Assembly: GCA_002868855.1 (NCBI GenBank)
Contig: PKUM01000126.1
Location: forward strand, 1-58,208
DNA from: Chromatiales bacterium
Lineage (GTDB): Bacteria > Pseudomonadota > Gammaproteobacteria > Steroidobacterales > BM003
Direction: 5' to 3'
Length of the DNA: 58,208 bases
The notes under the pieces are model-generated. The model worked only from the letters and a program-made list of their open reading frames with translations, did no database searches and was not told the origin of the DNA. The translations under genes were made by a program, and so were the position numbers. Shown here in pieces: positions 32,498-42,010 of this stretch (positions within the stretch are counted from its first letter, which is position 1; each line of letters starts with the position of its first letter).

Positions 32498-32565
32498 TGT
32501 CACTCCCTTCGGGTTAATCAGCCTCCCGTCGACGTCCTTTGGATCACGCGGTGAGGCAAGGAGCT
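32498..32565 (-). ncRNA. S6:S18 ribosomal protein leader (autoregulatory cis-element)
   Basis: Minus strand CTCCTTGCCTC...GGAGGCTGATTAACCCGAAGGGAG: outer stem sequesters the SD, inner GCCTC/GAGGC stem, CCG in the internal loop; resembles the gammaproteobacterial rpsF leader as recalled. Confidence 0.75.
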
Positions 32566-32605
32566 TCGCGGCCCATAACAAGCGGACCACGAAGAAAGCC
32601 GGCGA

Positions 32606-32634
32606 ATTCTAAGTTAGCAAGAGATCTTGTGCAA
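32606..32634 (-). promoter_or_regulatory. sigma70 promoter of the rpsF-rpsR-rplI operon
   Basis: TTGCAC-17 nt-TAGAAT followed by GC-rich discriminator TCGCCGGC. Confidence 0.7.
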
Positions 32635-32661
32635 CCGAAATGCCGGCCCGGCGCGATCCGA

Positions 32662-33408
32662 TCAATGGCCCGCTCTCTGACGCACTGCCTCGTAAAGACA
32701 GATACCGCTTGCAACCGAGACATTCAGGCTTTCCACCAGTCCGCGCATTGGCAACCGGACCAGCAGATCACAATGTTCCCTCGTCAGCCGCCGCAACCCG
32801 CTTTCCTCGCCACCCATCACCAGCGCGATTCGCCCGCCGAGGTCCGCTTCCGCATAACCTGTCTCAGCGTCCGCATCGGTGCCGACGCACCAGATCCCGG
32901 CCTCTTTCAGGCTGCGCATGGCTCGCGCGAGGTTGCGAACCCGCACCAGCGGCGTCGTCTCCGCCGCCCCGCACGCTACCTTTCGGACGGTTGATGTCAG
33001 TCCGACCGCGCGGTCGCGCGGAACGATGACTGCGTCGGCGCCGGCCCCGTCGGCGACCCGCAGACAGGCACCGAGGTTATGCGGATCCTTGACGCCGTCG
33101 AGCACCAGAAGCAAGGGCTGGTCGACTCCGTCGAGATGCCGCAACAGCCTCTTCTCGTCCCAAGGCTCGGCCGGGCGAAGCCGAACGGCGATACCCTGGT
33201 GAACCCCATGGCACTGCCGGTCGAGCACATCGGCTGCGACCAGGCTGACAGAAATTCCCGCCGCCCTCGCCTGCTCCACCAGCGCTGCGACCCGACCTCC
33301 AGGACGGTCCTGTAACGCCAGCATCGCGGTCACCCGTGCCGGCGCCGCGCGCAAAACATGCGCAACCGCATGGATACCGTAGACAGTCTCGGAACGATCC
33401 GCGCTCAT
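32662..33408 (-). CDS. rlmB: 23S rRNA (G2251-2'-O)-methyltransferase
   Basis: YGIHAV, HQG, LDGV.DPHNLGACLR, G.E..GLRRL, ESLNVSVA. Confidence 0.96.
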   Translation of the reverse strand: MSADRSETVYGIHAVAHVLRAAPARVTAMLALQDRPGGRVAALVEQARAAGISVSLVAADVLDRQCHGVHQGIAVRLRPAEPWDEKRLLRHLDGVDQPLLLVLDGVKDPHNLGACLRVADGAGADAVIVPRDRAVGLTSTVRKVACGAAETTPLVRVRNLARAMRSLKEAGIWCVGTDADAETGYAEADLGGRIALVMGGEESGLRRLTREHCDLLVRLPMRGLVESLNVSVASGICLYEAVRQRAGH

Positions 33409-35642
33409 CGCCGCCGGCGCCGCTTCCGCGCAGCGCGTGGCTGGCTCTCCGGTTGTCCTGCAGTGGCAACCGGTACGAAATCGATCTTGCGGTCTTCGAG
33501 ACTTGCGCGCGCGACCCGAACCCTCAATTCATCGGTCAGGCCGTAGGTCGCCCCGGAGCGTTGTCCGACCATCCGGTGGCGCGTGCGATCGTGATCGAAA
33601 TAGTCGTTTCCGAGCGAGGTCACATGCACAAGGCCGTCTATCTGCATGCCCTTGAGTGTGACAAACACGCCGAAATCGGTAACTCCGGTAATTATTCCGT
33701 CGAATTCCTCGCCCAGCTTGTCCTGCATGAATTCGATCTTGAGCCACTGCACGGCTTCACGGGTGGCATCGTCAGCGCGTCGCTCGGCTGCAGAACAAAG
33801 CGAACCCAGCTCCAGCATATGGCCGGGCGAGTAGGAGAAATCGCCGGCAGTCCCGCCCTCGAGTACGTGGCGGATACCGCGGTGAACCAGGAGATCCGGG
33901 TAGCGCCGGATCGGCGACGTAAAATGAGCGTAAGCTTCGAGCGCCAGCCCGAAGTGACCGCCGTTTTCCGGCCGATAATCGGCCTGGGCCATCGCCCGCA
34001 ACATTACTGTCTCGATTAATTCCACGTCCGGTCGGCCGCGAATCGACTCGAACAGCGCGGTAATGTGCCTGGGTTCGAGCTTGTCGAGCCCACCCAGAGA
34101 CAAACCCAGCCCTTGCAGAAATTCGCGTGCCGCCGCGATCCGTTCTTCGCCCGGGCCTTCGTGCACCCGATACAGCGTCGGAATACGGTGACGGGCGAGA
34201 AACTGCGCCGCCTGAACGTTGGCCGCAATCATGCACTCCTCGATCAAGCGATGCGCATCATTACGGCTGCGCGCCTGGATATTCGCAATTCGGCCGCTTT
34301 CGTCGAAAATCAACTGCGCTTCGGGGATATCGAAATCAATCGCGCCGCGCTGGCGTCGCGCAGCGGACAGAGCGTGATACACGTCATACAAGTGCTGCAG
34401 CGCCGGTAGCAATTTTGCGTGACGGCGCCTGAGTTGAGCATTCTCGTCGATGAGCATCGACGCAACTTCGTCATAGGTCAGGCGCGCAGCCGAGTTCATG
34501 ACCGCGGCATAGAATTTCGAACGGCTCACCTTGCCTGCGGGCGTCACGTGCATCTCGCAAACCATGCATAAACGATCTACTTTGGGCTTTAACGAACACA
34601 GCCCGTTCGACAGCTCCTCTGGCAGCATCGGCACAACACGAGTCGGGAAATACACCGAGGTTCCCCGCTCTTGCGCCTCTTCGTCGAGTGCGGTGCCAAG
34701 ACGAACGTAGTGCGACACATCGGCAATTGCCACGAGTACGCGCCAGCCGCCGCGAATTTTCTCCGCGAACACCGCATCGTCAAAATCTTTCGCGTCTTCG
34801 CCGTCTATGGTTACCAGCGGTACGTCGCGCAAATCCACGCGGTCCTTTTTTGCCGCCAGCGGAACTCGCGGCCCGAACGTCTGCACTTCGCGATCGACTT
34901 CGGTGGACCAGCGATGCGGCAGACCGTGAGCGTGGATCGCAAGCTCGGTTTCGATACCCGGCGCATCGGGCTCACCGAGAACCTGGCTGACCCGTCCAAC
35001 CGGCTGCGCAACGGCGCTTGGTGGCGACACGATATCGACGAGCACCAACTGCCCGTGGCGCGCGTTTCCAGCGTTTTTGTCAGGCACGATCACCTGGTGG
35101 GTAATGCGCGGATTGTCGGGCACCACGAATCCCACTCCGCGCTCACGAAGGTAGCGCCCGACGATCTCGGTAGAGCAGCGCTGCAGAACTTCCGCAATAG
35201 TGCCCTCCGGCCGACCGCGCCGGTCGTAACCCTTGATGCGAACCGCAATCCGGTCGCCGTGAAACACCTCGCGCATCTGGCGTGCCGCCAGATAGACGTC
35301 GTCCCCGCCGGCGTCCGGGATCAGGAAGCCGAAGCCATCCGCATGACCCTGGACCCGACCGACAACCAGGTGCACTTTTTCCGGAAGGCAGTATTCCTCG
35401 CGCCGATTCTGTATGAGCTGGCCGTCCCGGATCATTGCCTTGAGACGACGCTGGAAAGCATGGCGAGCCGGATTTCCCTTGACCCTGAGCGCACCCACAA
35501 GCGACTTGAAGTCCATCGGGCGACCGGCCCCTTCCAGCACCTCGATGATCGCGGCGCGTTCCGGTACATCGGCCTTCGGGACTGATTCATTGACGCGGCG
35601 ATTACGCGAGTTTCGCTTGCCGCGTCCGGCATCTTTCGACAA
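33405..35642 (-). CDS. rnr: Ribonuclease R
   Basis: GH.DGFGF, TIDG.DAKDFDDA, AIADVS, HFTSPIRRYPDL.VHR, S1 domain, basic tail. Confidence 0.96.
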   Translation of the reverse strand: MSKDAGRGKRNSRNRRVNESVPKADVPERAAIIEVLEGAGRPMDFKSLVGALRVKGNPARHAFQRRLKAMIRDGQLIQNRREEYCLPEKVHLVVGRVQGHADGFGFLIPDAGGDDVYLAARQMREVFHGDRIAVRIKGYDRRGRPEGTIAEVLQRCSTEIVGRYLRERGVGFVVPDNPRITHQVIVPDKNAGNARHGQLVLVDIVSPPSAVAQPVGRVSQVLGEPDAPGIETELAIHAHGLPHRWSTEVDREVQTFGPRVPLAAKKDRVDLRDVPLVTIDGEDAKDFDDAVFAEKIRGGWRVLVAIADVSHYVRLGTALDEEAQERGTSVYFPTRVVPMLPEELSNGLCSLKPKVDRLCMVCEMHVTPAGKVSRSKFYAAVMNSAARLTYDEVASMLIDENAQLRRRHAKLLPALQHLYDVYHALSAARRQRGAIDFDIPEAQLIFDESGRIANIQARSRNDAHRLIEECMIAANVQAAQFLARHRIPTLYRVHEGPGEERIAAAREFLQGLGLSLGGLDKLEPRHITALFESIRGRPDVELIETVMLRAMAQADYRPENGGHFGLALEAYAHFTSPIRRYPDLLVHRGIRHVLEGGTAGDFSYSPGHMLELGSLCSAAERRADDATREAVQWLKIEFMQDKLGEEFDGIITGVTDFGVFVTLKGMQIDGLVHVTSLGNDYFDHDRTRHRMVGQRSGATYGLTDELRVRVARASLEDRKIDFVPVATAGQPESQPRAARKRRRRR

Positions 35643-35667
35643 GTGTTTATCCTGACAGCTGAGTAAA

Positions 35668-35696
35668 TTGACAAGGATACACGCTGTCAGTAAAGT
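35668..35696 (+). promoter_or_regulatory. Strong sigma70 stable-RNA-type promoter upstream of tRNA-Leu
   Basis: TTGACA-17 nt-TAAAGT plus GC-rich discriminator TCGCGCTCC. Confidence 0.7.
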
Positions 35697-35713
35697 TCGC
35701 GCTCCGCGACGGC

Positions 35714-35759
35714 GGGCGCAGTTATTTTCCGGCCATGGGCGCTGTTATTTTTCGGCCAT
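35714..35759. repeat. Tandem 23-bp direct repeat (2 copies, 21/23 identical)
   Basis: GGGCGCAGTTATTTTCCGGCCAT followed directly by GGGCGCTGTTATTTTTCGGCCAT. Confidence 0.85.
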
Positions 35760-35920
35760 CATTCTGCGTCCTGCGTCGATTGGCCCGGGACGGCACGGCC
35801 CGGAGCTTGCGGATGCGACTCCGGAGGCCAGCCTGATAGTCGAAAGTTAGACATCCCCGGAGTTTTTGTAGAAACTGCAAGCAAGCGACGCGTCGAATCA
35901 GCGTCGCGGATCGAGGCATT

Positions 35921-36007
35921 GCCCAGGTGGCGGAATTGGTAGACGCGCCAGCTTCAGGTGCTGGTCTACGTAAGTAGGTGGAGGTTCAAGTCCTCTCCTG
36001 GGCACCA
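35921..36007 (+). tRNA. tRNA-Leu(CAG)
   Basis: Acceptor GCCCAGG/CCTGGGC-A-CCA, D-arm GGCGGAATTGGTAGACGC, anticodon arm CCAGC-TTCAGGT-GCTGG, long variable arm, T-loop GGTTCAAGTCC. Confidence 0.97.
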
Positions 36008-36013
36008 GACACC

Positions 36014-36043
36014 CAACCCCCCGTTCTCGGGGGGTTGTCGTTT
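36014..36043 (+). terminator. Intrinsic terminator after tRNA-Leu
   Basis: 10-bp stem CAACCCCCCG/CGGGGGGTTG, loop TTCT, then TCGTTT. Confidence 0.7.
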
Positions 36044-36307
36044 GTGCCAGCGGCCGAGCCATTTGCCCATGGCGCTGCCTTTACCGAAGTCGGCACCCTG
36101 TTTGCCCGGAGTCGCTACTCGATTCCTGCCACCGCGCGGCCGGCTTGCGGAGCACGCGCCACCGCAGCGGGGTCTTTAGATTTCTGCTCCGGGCACGGAA
36201 AATTGCGGAGGGTTGCCGCCCCCCGGCCGCAGCGATTTCGCCTGCAGTCGGATTACTCGGGCAGCGTGGCGGCCTGGCGCCCATTTCTGGTAAGACGCGG
36301 CGCGCGG

Positions 36308-37282
36308 CTAACTCGTGGCAGAAACGGCGGCTTTTGCCGCGGCCTGGCGCCGCTCCGCGAGCCTCGCCAACAAACGCTCTTCGGTTTCCGGGCCACGGAC
36401 GAGCGCTCTCAGGAAGACCCCGGTATAGCTATTGTCGACGACTGCACCACGCGCCTCGATCGTAGGCCGCATCAACTCATGCAGCTCTTCCAGGTTGTAC
36501 CAGGGCACTGCGGGGTACACGTGATGACCAATGTGCCAATTGATATTGTTCCAGAAAAAACGCTGTACCGGGTTGGATATTGTCGTACGCGAACCGACGA
36601 GCTGGCCCTCGTTCCAAGGAGTTTCGTAGTGTTCGGCAAGAAAGCGGATCGAGTTGAAAACCGAGAAAATGAACACCGGCACCAGCCAGACCTCGAGGGT
36701 CTTGCCCAGCACCCCGTTGCGCATCGCCCACGCAATCAGCGCCCAGTAACAAGCAATTTTCAATGCCGTTTCAAACAAGTGAATGGCCCACTGTTTGGGC
36801 CCGAATCGCTGCACCGGATATATAAAATTGAAGTGGATAAAACTAAGCAGCGCGCCGCCGATGATGTATGCATAGAAAAGGACAAAGTCCAGAACGCCGC
36901 GTTTACCCATCGTGAACGCGTCGGGATCGCGTGGCGAGCGGTTATAGCGGTGATGCTCGAGATGGTCCTCCTTGAACGCAATGAACGAAGCCATCAACGG
37001 CAGCATGCAGACAATACCGAATGCGAGATTTGCCCAGCGCGCCCGGAACAGCGTGTTGTGGGTGCCGTCATGCATAAACGTCACCATGCCCATCCACAGG
37101 TATCCGATGCCGACATAAGCCACCCACTTGAGTGCGGCCGACGGCGTCGTCCAGGCAAGCCAGGTCAACGCCACCATCATGCTCAAAAACAGTGGGATTT
37201 TGACCAGGTTTGGCAGAACGCGCATTTCGGTCAGGCGACGAACATCCGCCCTCGACAAGGGTTTATCGGCAACGAAGTTCAT
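36308..37282 (-). CDS. Membrane fatty acid desaturase/hydroxylase family protein
   Basis: Three His boxes HDGTH, HLEHH and HIGHH, plus AEH, P.VPWYNL and TM segments. Confidence 0.88.
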   Translation of the reverse strand: MNFVADKPLSRADVRRLTEMRVLPNLVKIPLFLSMMVALTWLAWTTPSAALKWVAYVGIGYLWMGMVTFMHDGTHNTLFRARWANLAFGIVCMLPLMASFIAFKEDHLEHHRYNRSPRDPDAFTMGKRGVLDFVLFYAYIIGGALLSFIHFNFIYPVQRFGPKQWAIHLFETALKIACYWALIAWAMRNGVLGKTLEVWLVPVFIFSVFNSIRFLAEHYETPWNEGQLVGSRTTISNPVQRFFWNNINWHIGHHVYPAVPWYNLEELHELMRPTIEARGAVVDNSYTGVFLRALVRGPETEERLLARLAERRQAAAKAAVSATS

Positions 37283-37412
37283 ACTGTCGTAGTTCCCGTG
37301 TGAAGATGAAAAAATAGGACTAATGTCCCTTCACAGAGAACTTGCTCGGAAAGAGCGTGGGCAAATGCCCCCTGAAGATTCCTTGAATTGTACCCGATCC
37401 GACCACACCACG

Positions 37413-37470
37413 GTTAGCCCGGGCCACGCCAATGATCTTCCTTGCGGTCGCCCGGGCTAACGATTGGCGT
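37413..37470. repeat. Interlocking inverted repeats (12 bp and 8 bp)
   Basis: GTTAGCCCGGGC (37413-37424)/GCCCGGGCTAAC (37450-37461) and ACGCCAAT (37426-37433)/ATTGGCGT (37463-37470). Confidence 0.8.
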
Positions 37471-37642
37471 CTGAACCGAGCCGTCGTTTCGCTGCCTGCA
37501 AACCGCGGTTCCCGGGACTAGCGCGGGCCGCGCCGCAGACCTCTCCGCGTCTCTACCGGCTCATCCTGCAAGTCTCACCAGCAGATCTGCTCTCAGCATC
37601 GGCGTCGAGCCCACAACGGCAGCGACAGCGGCGCCCCCTGAA

Positions 37643-37669
37643 CCAAAACCCCGCGCATGGCGCGGGGTT
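37643..37669 (-). terminator. Intrinsic terminator of fda
   Basis: Stem AACCCCGCGC/GCGCGGGGTT ending in a T-run on the minus strand, about 50 nt past the fda stop. Confidence 0.7.
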
Positions 37670-37717
37670 CCGGTCTTACAGCCTGATAGCCACTGAGAAG
37701 CGGCTACTCTTCCGGAC

Positions 37718-38605
37718 TCATGTCCTGGATGCATCGAATATGCTCTGGATCGACGCATCAAGCATCTGGTTGAACTCCTCGTCGGATTGTTGTGCCGACA
37801 GCCCCTCGCTCAAAGCGCGGGAAAAGCTCGCCACCATGCCGTGATTGCGCGCCAGGCGATCGTTCGCTTCTTCGCGCGAATAGCCGCCAGACAACGCGAC
37901 CACCCGGACGATGTTCGAATGCTCGATACATTCTTTGTAGAAGTCGTCCTGCTCGGGCAAAGTGAGTTTGAGCATGACCTGCTGGCCGGGTTCGAGCGCA
38001 TCCAGATGCTCAATGAGACGAGCTTTCAGAATTATCTCTGCCTGGGCTTTTTCGGCACTGTTTATGTCGACCTCCGGCTCGATGATCGGCACCAGTCCCT
38101 TGCCAAGAATCTGACGGCCAATTTCGAACTGCTGATCAACGACGGCAGCAATGCCCGCGTCGTCTGCCAGTTTAATGACCGAGCGCATCTTGGTACCGAA
38201 AATGCCATTTTCGATACCCCTGTCGAGCAATGCGTCCAGATCCGGCATAGGTTTCATTACCTGGACGCCGTTTTCTTCCCCGGCAAGACCCTTATCGACT
38301 TTCAGAAACGGCACAACCTGTTTGTCTTCCCACAGGTATTGAGCAGTCGGTTTGCCCTTGATTGTCCGATCCATCGTGACCTCGAACAGGATGGCACCGA
38401 GGATGCGATCACCGCCGAAGCTCGGACTCGTGATAATACGGGTCCGCATCTCGTGGACCTTGTCGTACATCTCCGCTTCGCCGGAATACTCATCTTCAGG
38501 GATGCCGTAGAGACGAAGCGCCTTGGGTGTACTGCCTCCGCTCTGATCGAGGGCTGCAATAAATCCATCCTGGTTTCGGACCTTGTCGAGTTGCTGCTGG
38601 TTCAT
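37718..38605 (-). CDS. fda: Class I fructose-1,6-bisphosphate aldolase
   Basis: [60 protein letters not shown]. Confidence 0.94.
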   Translation of the reverse strand: MNQQQLDKVRNQDGFIAALDQSGGSTPKALRLYGIPEDEYSGEAEMYDKVHEMRTRIITSPSFGGDRILGAILFEVTMDRTIKGKPTAQYLWEDKQVVPFLKVDKGLAGEENGVQVMKPMPDLDALLDRGIENGIFGTKMRSVIKLADDAGIAAVVDQQFEIGRQILGKGLVPIIEPEVDINSAEKAQAEIILKARLIEHLDALEPGQQVMLKLTLPEQDDFYKECIEHSNIVRVVALSGGYSREEANDRLARNHGMVASFSRALSEGLSAQQSDEEFNQMLDASIQSIFDASRT

Positions 38606-38880
38606 TGTTCCATCCGCACGCTAAAGATAAAGAAAGGACGTGATGGCAGACAGCCCTCGCGTCCTGCAGGGTGAACAAAGTATAACTTCTAAATCGCTGT
38701 TGTGCTTCCGCTCGCCGCAGGGGCGAGCTGAGATAATTTCGGTTGCAAAACGGCAGGACCGCCTGGCATTGCCGAAACCGGCCATGACCGGGTTTTGTCG
38801 ACTGTTATTGACAATTCGGACGCTGCCCGGGGCTTCAGTCTGGTTATAATCCACCCGCATCCAGGAAAACGAGTCTAATC

Positions 38881-39492
38881 ATGTCATTCCCAAAACCGTT
38901 CTACCGTTGGCGGCCTCACCCATGGCACGGACTGTCCCCGGGCGATGAAGCACCCGGAATCGTGCAGGCATACATTGAGATTACCCCGTTCGATACCGTC
39001 AAATACGAGATCGACAAGATTACCGGATACCTGCGCATCGACAGGCCCCAGTCAACCTCGTCCCGGCCACCCATGCTGTACGGCTTTATTCCGCGTACCT
39101 TCTGTTCCGAGCGGGTCGCGGCGCTGAACCCGGAAGGCAAGCGCGGCGACGGCGATCCGCTGGATATCTGCGTCATTTGCGAACGTCCGGTCAGCCACGC
39201 CGATATTGTGCTGGATGCAAAGGTCATCGGCGGCCTGCCAATGATCGACAACGACGAAGCCGATGACAAAATCATTGCGGTGCTGAAGAACGACCATGCC
39301 CACGCCCACATCGAGGATATTTCCGAATTACCGGCGGTCTACGTCGAACGGCTGATGCACTACTTCAACACCTACAAGATGGCGGTCGGGCAGCTGCCCT
39401 CTCTAGCTGTCAAGGAGGTCTATGACCGTAGCCATGCGCTGAGGGTAATAGAGGCCTCGCTCGCCGACTACCGGGACGAATACGGCGATTAG
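38881..39492 (+). CDS. ppa: Inorganic pyrophosphatase (family I)
   Basis: HPWH, KYEIDK, DR, YGFIPRT, DGDPLD, D.KIIAV, YF.TYK. Confidence 0.93.
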   Translation: MSFPKPFYRWRPHPWHGLSPGDEAPGIVQAYIEITPFDTVKYEIDKITGYLRIDRPQSTSSRPPMLYGFIPRTFCSERVAALNPEGKRGDGDPLDICVICERPVSHADIVLDAKVIGGLPMIDNDEADDKIIAVLKNDHAHAHIEDISELPAVYVERLMHYFNTYKMAVGQLPSLAVKEVYDRSHALRVIEASLADYRDEYGD

Positions 39493-39506
39493 CAAAACGG
39501 CGTGAC

Positions 39507-40676
39507 TCAATCCCGGTCGCAGTGGCGCTCGCTCATCATGGCGCTGACTCGCGCCACAGTGCGCTCTACATCTGCAAGAGGCGGCACCGGACCCGCTGGC
39601 GGCGGTTCCGCGAACCAGCCCATTCTGCCCTCGGCCAGCAAGCGCTCATAGACAATGCGCAGTTCGCGCGAAAGTCGCCGAGGCCCGATCTTCATCAACA
39701 ACCAATAGGTCATCGCCGACAGTCTGAAGTCGTCCTGGCGCAGCCAGTCACCCGGCTTTTCCCTCCGGCCGCGTTCATGGCGCATCGCCAGGGTCGCGCG
39801 CCCCAGGTCGTAAACGGACACGGGTTTGCAGGTGGCGCAAGCCTCGCTCAGCATCGCAATACTGTCACCCGTGACGACCAGTTCGTCCGCGGATGCCAAA
39901 TACGCAAAATACGGATTCGGCGTGTTTTTACGCCACGGGAAAAAATCGTAGTTACCGGTCAGATTTGACTCGATTTCGGCCACCGCTTCCTTGCTGGTGC
40001 GCGAACTCGTGGTAACCAGCAACGAGCCATTGAGTTTCTGCGCATACCGACTCACCTCGGCCGCAAGCCGCCGGCCGCCGTTGGCACCAAGCGTGTACGG
40101 TCCACTATTACCGCCGACAATTACGCCGATGTGCGGGCGCGGCAAATTCGCCAGCCGCGAATGCCATTCCGATTCCGCGCGCTTCAGCTTCTCTACCGTT
40201 ACGGCCTGTAACGTCGTACTGTTCTCCAGGACACGCGGCGCGGGCGTCACACGATACTGCGGGGTCGTTACCAGCAGATCGAAATGCTCCACCGGCGCCC
40301 AGGTTCGGCCAATGAATACCACGCGGGTCGCGCCTCCCGATTCGGCCGCGATCCAGCGCGCAACCGGCTCGTTTCGTAGTCCCGAGGTTATTAGCAGGTC
40401 AGGCCACGGTGGTTCCAGCTCAGCCCGGCTCCGCGCGGCAACGCCGGCGCTTGCCGACACGCGAATCAGGCCAATCGCTCCGGCCGACCAGCGATAATGC
40501 ATTACCTTGCGTTCGTACGGCCACGCCAGTGCCTCGGCCAGCGCGAGGATTTGCGATGACTCACCTGCACGATGGCTTAGCAAGGCCCAGACCCGTGGCG
40601 GGGAGGCCGCAACACTCGTTCGCTTGTCTTCCAGTCGCGCCAAGAAACACCCTGTCGCAAAAACCGGTGGCAGCAT
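39507..40676 (-). CDS. ELM1/GtrOC1-family putative glycosyltransferase, paralog 1
   Basis: G..SQ..ALAEAL, PPWPDLLI, FDLLVTTPQY, VIVGG, TSSRT, NPY.AYL..AD..VVTGDSIAMLSEA; start uncertain. Confidence 0.8.
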   Translation of the reverse strand: MLPPVFATGCFLARLEDKRTSVAASPPRVWALLSHRAGESSQILALAEALAWPYERKVMHYRWSAGAIGLIRVSASAGVAARSRAELEPPWPDLLITSGLRNEPVARWIAAESGGATRVVFIGRTWAPVEHFDLLVTTPQYRVTPAPRVLENSTTLQAVTVEKLKRAESEWHSRLANLPRPHIGVIVGGNSGPYTLGANGGRRLAAEVSRYAQKLNGSLLVTTSSRTSKEAVAEIESNLTGNYDFFPWRKNTPNPYFAYLASADELVVTGDSIAMLSEACATCKPVSVYDLGRATLAMRHERGRREKPGDWLRQDDFRLSAMTYWLLMKIGPRRLSRELRIVYERLLAEGRMGWFAEPPPAGPVPPLADVERTVARVSAMMSERHCDRD

Positions 40677-40829
40677 CTATGCTAGCCATGGTTTGCGCCA
40701 CGATCGCCAAGGCCCGGTACTGTAGCGGCATTGCCGGACGGATAGAACCCATCGAAACCCAATGCGACGCAACACATGCTCCAACAACGCCTTTAACTTC
40801 GTAACAACCATGCTCCGACTGGAACAGCT

Positions 40830-41894
40830 GTGCCGCCCCTGACCTGGCTGGTGCTCGGTGACAAAATCGGCGACAACGCCCAGGTGGAGTTGATCGCAGA
40901 TGCGCTCGGTTGGCCATTCGAGCGTAAATCGCTGGTGTTCCTGCCGCAATTTCGCACCGGAAAACCGCGATTCCGGCCCACATTGAGCCACCTTGATCGC
41001 GATCTCTCCGCTGCACTCGAAGCGCCGTGGCCCGACCTGATTATTACGATCGGACGGCGGCCCTCCATGGCGGCGCTCGCGGTACGCGAGCTATCCGGAA
41101 ACCGCTCCCGAGTCGTTATGATCGGCCGTCCGCGCCGGTTGCCCGAACTGGCCCTTGGCGTGGTTACGCCGCAGTATTCCGTGCCGGCTGCAGACAACGT
41201 AATGCATCTCGACTATCCCCTGATGAAAATCGATACTGACGCGATTTTGGCTGAGAAATCCGCGCATGCAGCATCGATGTCGAGGCTTCCGCGCCCGCTT
41301 ACTGCGGTACTGGTAGGCGGCAGTACCTCGCCATTTGTACTGGATGTCGGGGCTGCAAAACAATTATTGGCGCAAACCCGAAAATGCTGCGTGGGCGGCA
41401 CCAATTACCTGAGCACCAGCCGCCGCACCGACGCGGCGGTTGTGGACTACCTGGCCGACACGATGCGCGAAGACGAACGCTTGTATCGCTGGCAGCCCGA
41501 TGACCCGGACAATCCGTACCTTGGACTCCTCGCACATGCGGATCGGGTCGTCGTCACCTGCGACAGCATTTCGATGATGATGGAAGCCGCAAGACTCGGT
41601 AAGCCTCTGGCAATATTCGAGGTCCCGACGCTCTTCACCCCCAGCCAGAAGACCCGGCGGCGCATGGCCCGGGCGCTGGATCCGACCGTCGGCGGCAACA
41701 AGCGCTTCAAGCGATGGTTGTATACGGCCGGACCAATGAGTTTTCCGCGGGATCTGGGACGAATGCAGCGCGCACTTGTCGCCGAAGGCGTAGCGGTTGC
41801 GCTGGGTGCGCCCTTTCCGCCCCCCCATGCCGGTCTGCCCAATGAAAGTCAGGCAGTGGCGGCACGCATTCGCGCGCTGTTCCATGGCCAGTGA
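40830..41894 (+). CDS. ELM1/GtrOC1-family putative glycosyltransferase, paralog 2
   Basis: GDNAQ, APWPDLIITIGRR, VTPQY, VLVGG, STSRRT, NPYLGLL..AD.VVVTCDSISMMMEA. Confidence 0.8.
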   Translation: MPPLTWLVLGDKIGDNAQVELIADALGWPFERKSLVFLPQFRTGKPRFRPTLSHLDRDLSAALEAPWPDLIITIGRRPSMAALAVRELSGNRSRVVMIGRPRRLPELALGVVTPQYSVPAADNVMHLDYPLMKIDTDAILAEKSAHAASMSRLPRPLTAVLVGGSTSPFVLDVGAAKQLLAQTRKCCVGGTNYLSTSRRTDAAVVDYLADTMREDERLYRWQPDDPDNPYLGLLAHADRVVVTCDSISMMMEAARLGKPLAIFEVPTLFTPSQKTRRRMARALDPTVGGNKRFKRWLYTAGPMSFPRDLGRMQRALVAEGVAVALGAPFPPPHAGLPNESQAVAARIRALFHGQ

Positions 41895-42010
41895 CAGGGA
41901 CGCGAGGTATCGGACCGGGCGCGCCGATAGCGTATACTCCGCAGGCGAATCCGGACCGCGCCGGACTTCGCACGAGCAGCGCGCAACAGGCAGCATAGGG
42001 AGAGAAAGCG

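Noticed and set aside
35714-35759. CRISPR-like repeat
   Set aside because: Only two copies, no spacer, no cas genes
35921-36007. tRNA-Leu as integration site of a genomic island carrying the lipid cluster
   Set aside because: No integrase, no duplicated tRNA 3' end seen, intact terminator, housekeeping fda and ppa follow, and no obvious composition shift by eye
38808-38850. TTGACA and TATAAT upstream of ppa as one promoter
   Set aside because: Spacing is 31 nt; the TATAAT may be real but cannot pair with this -35
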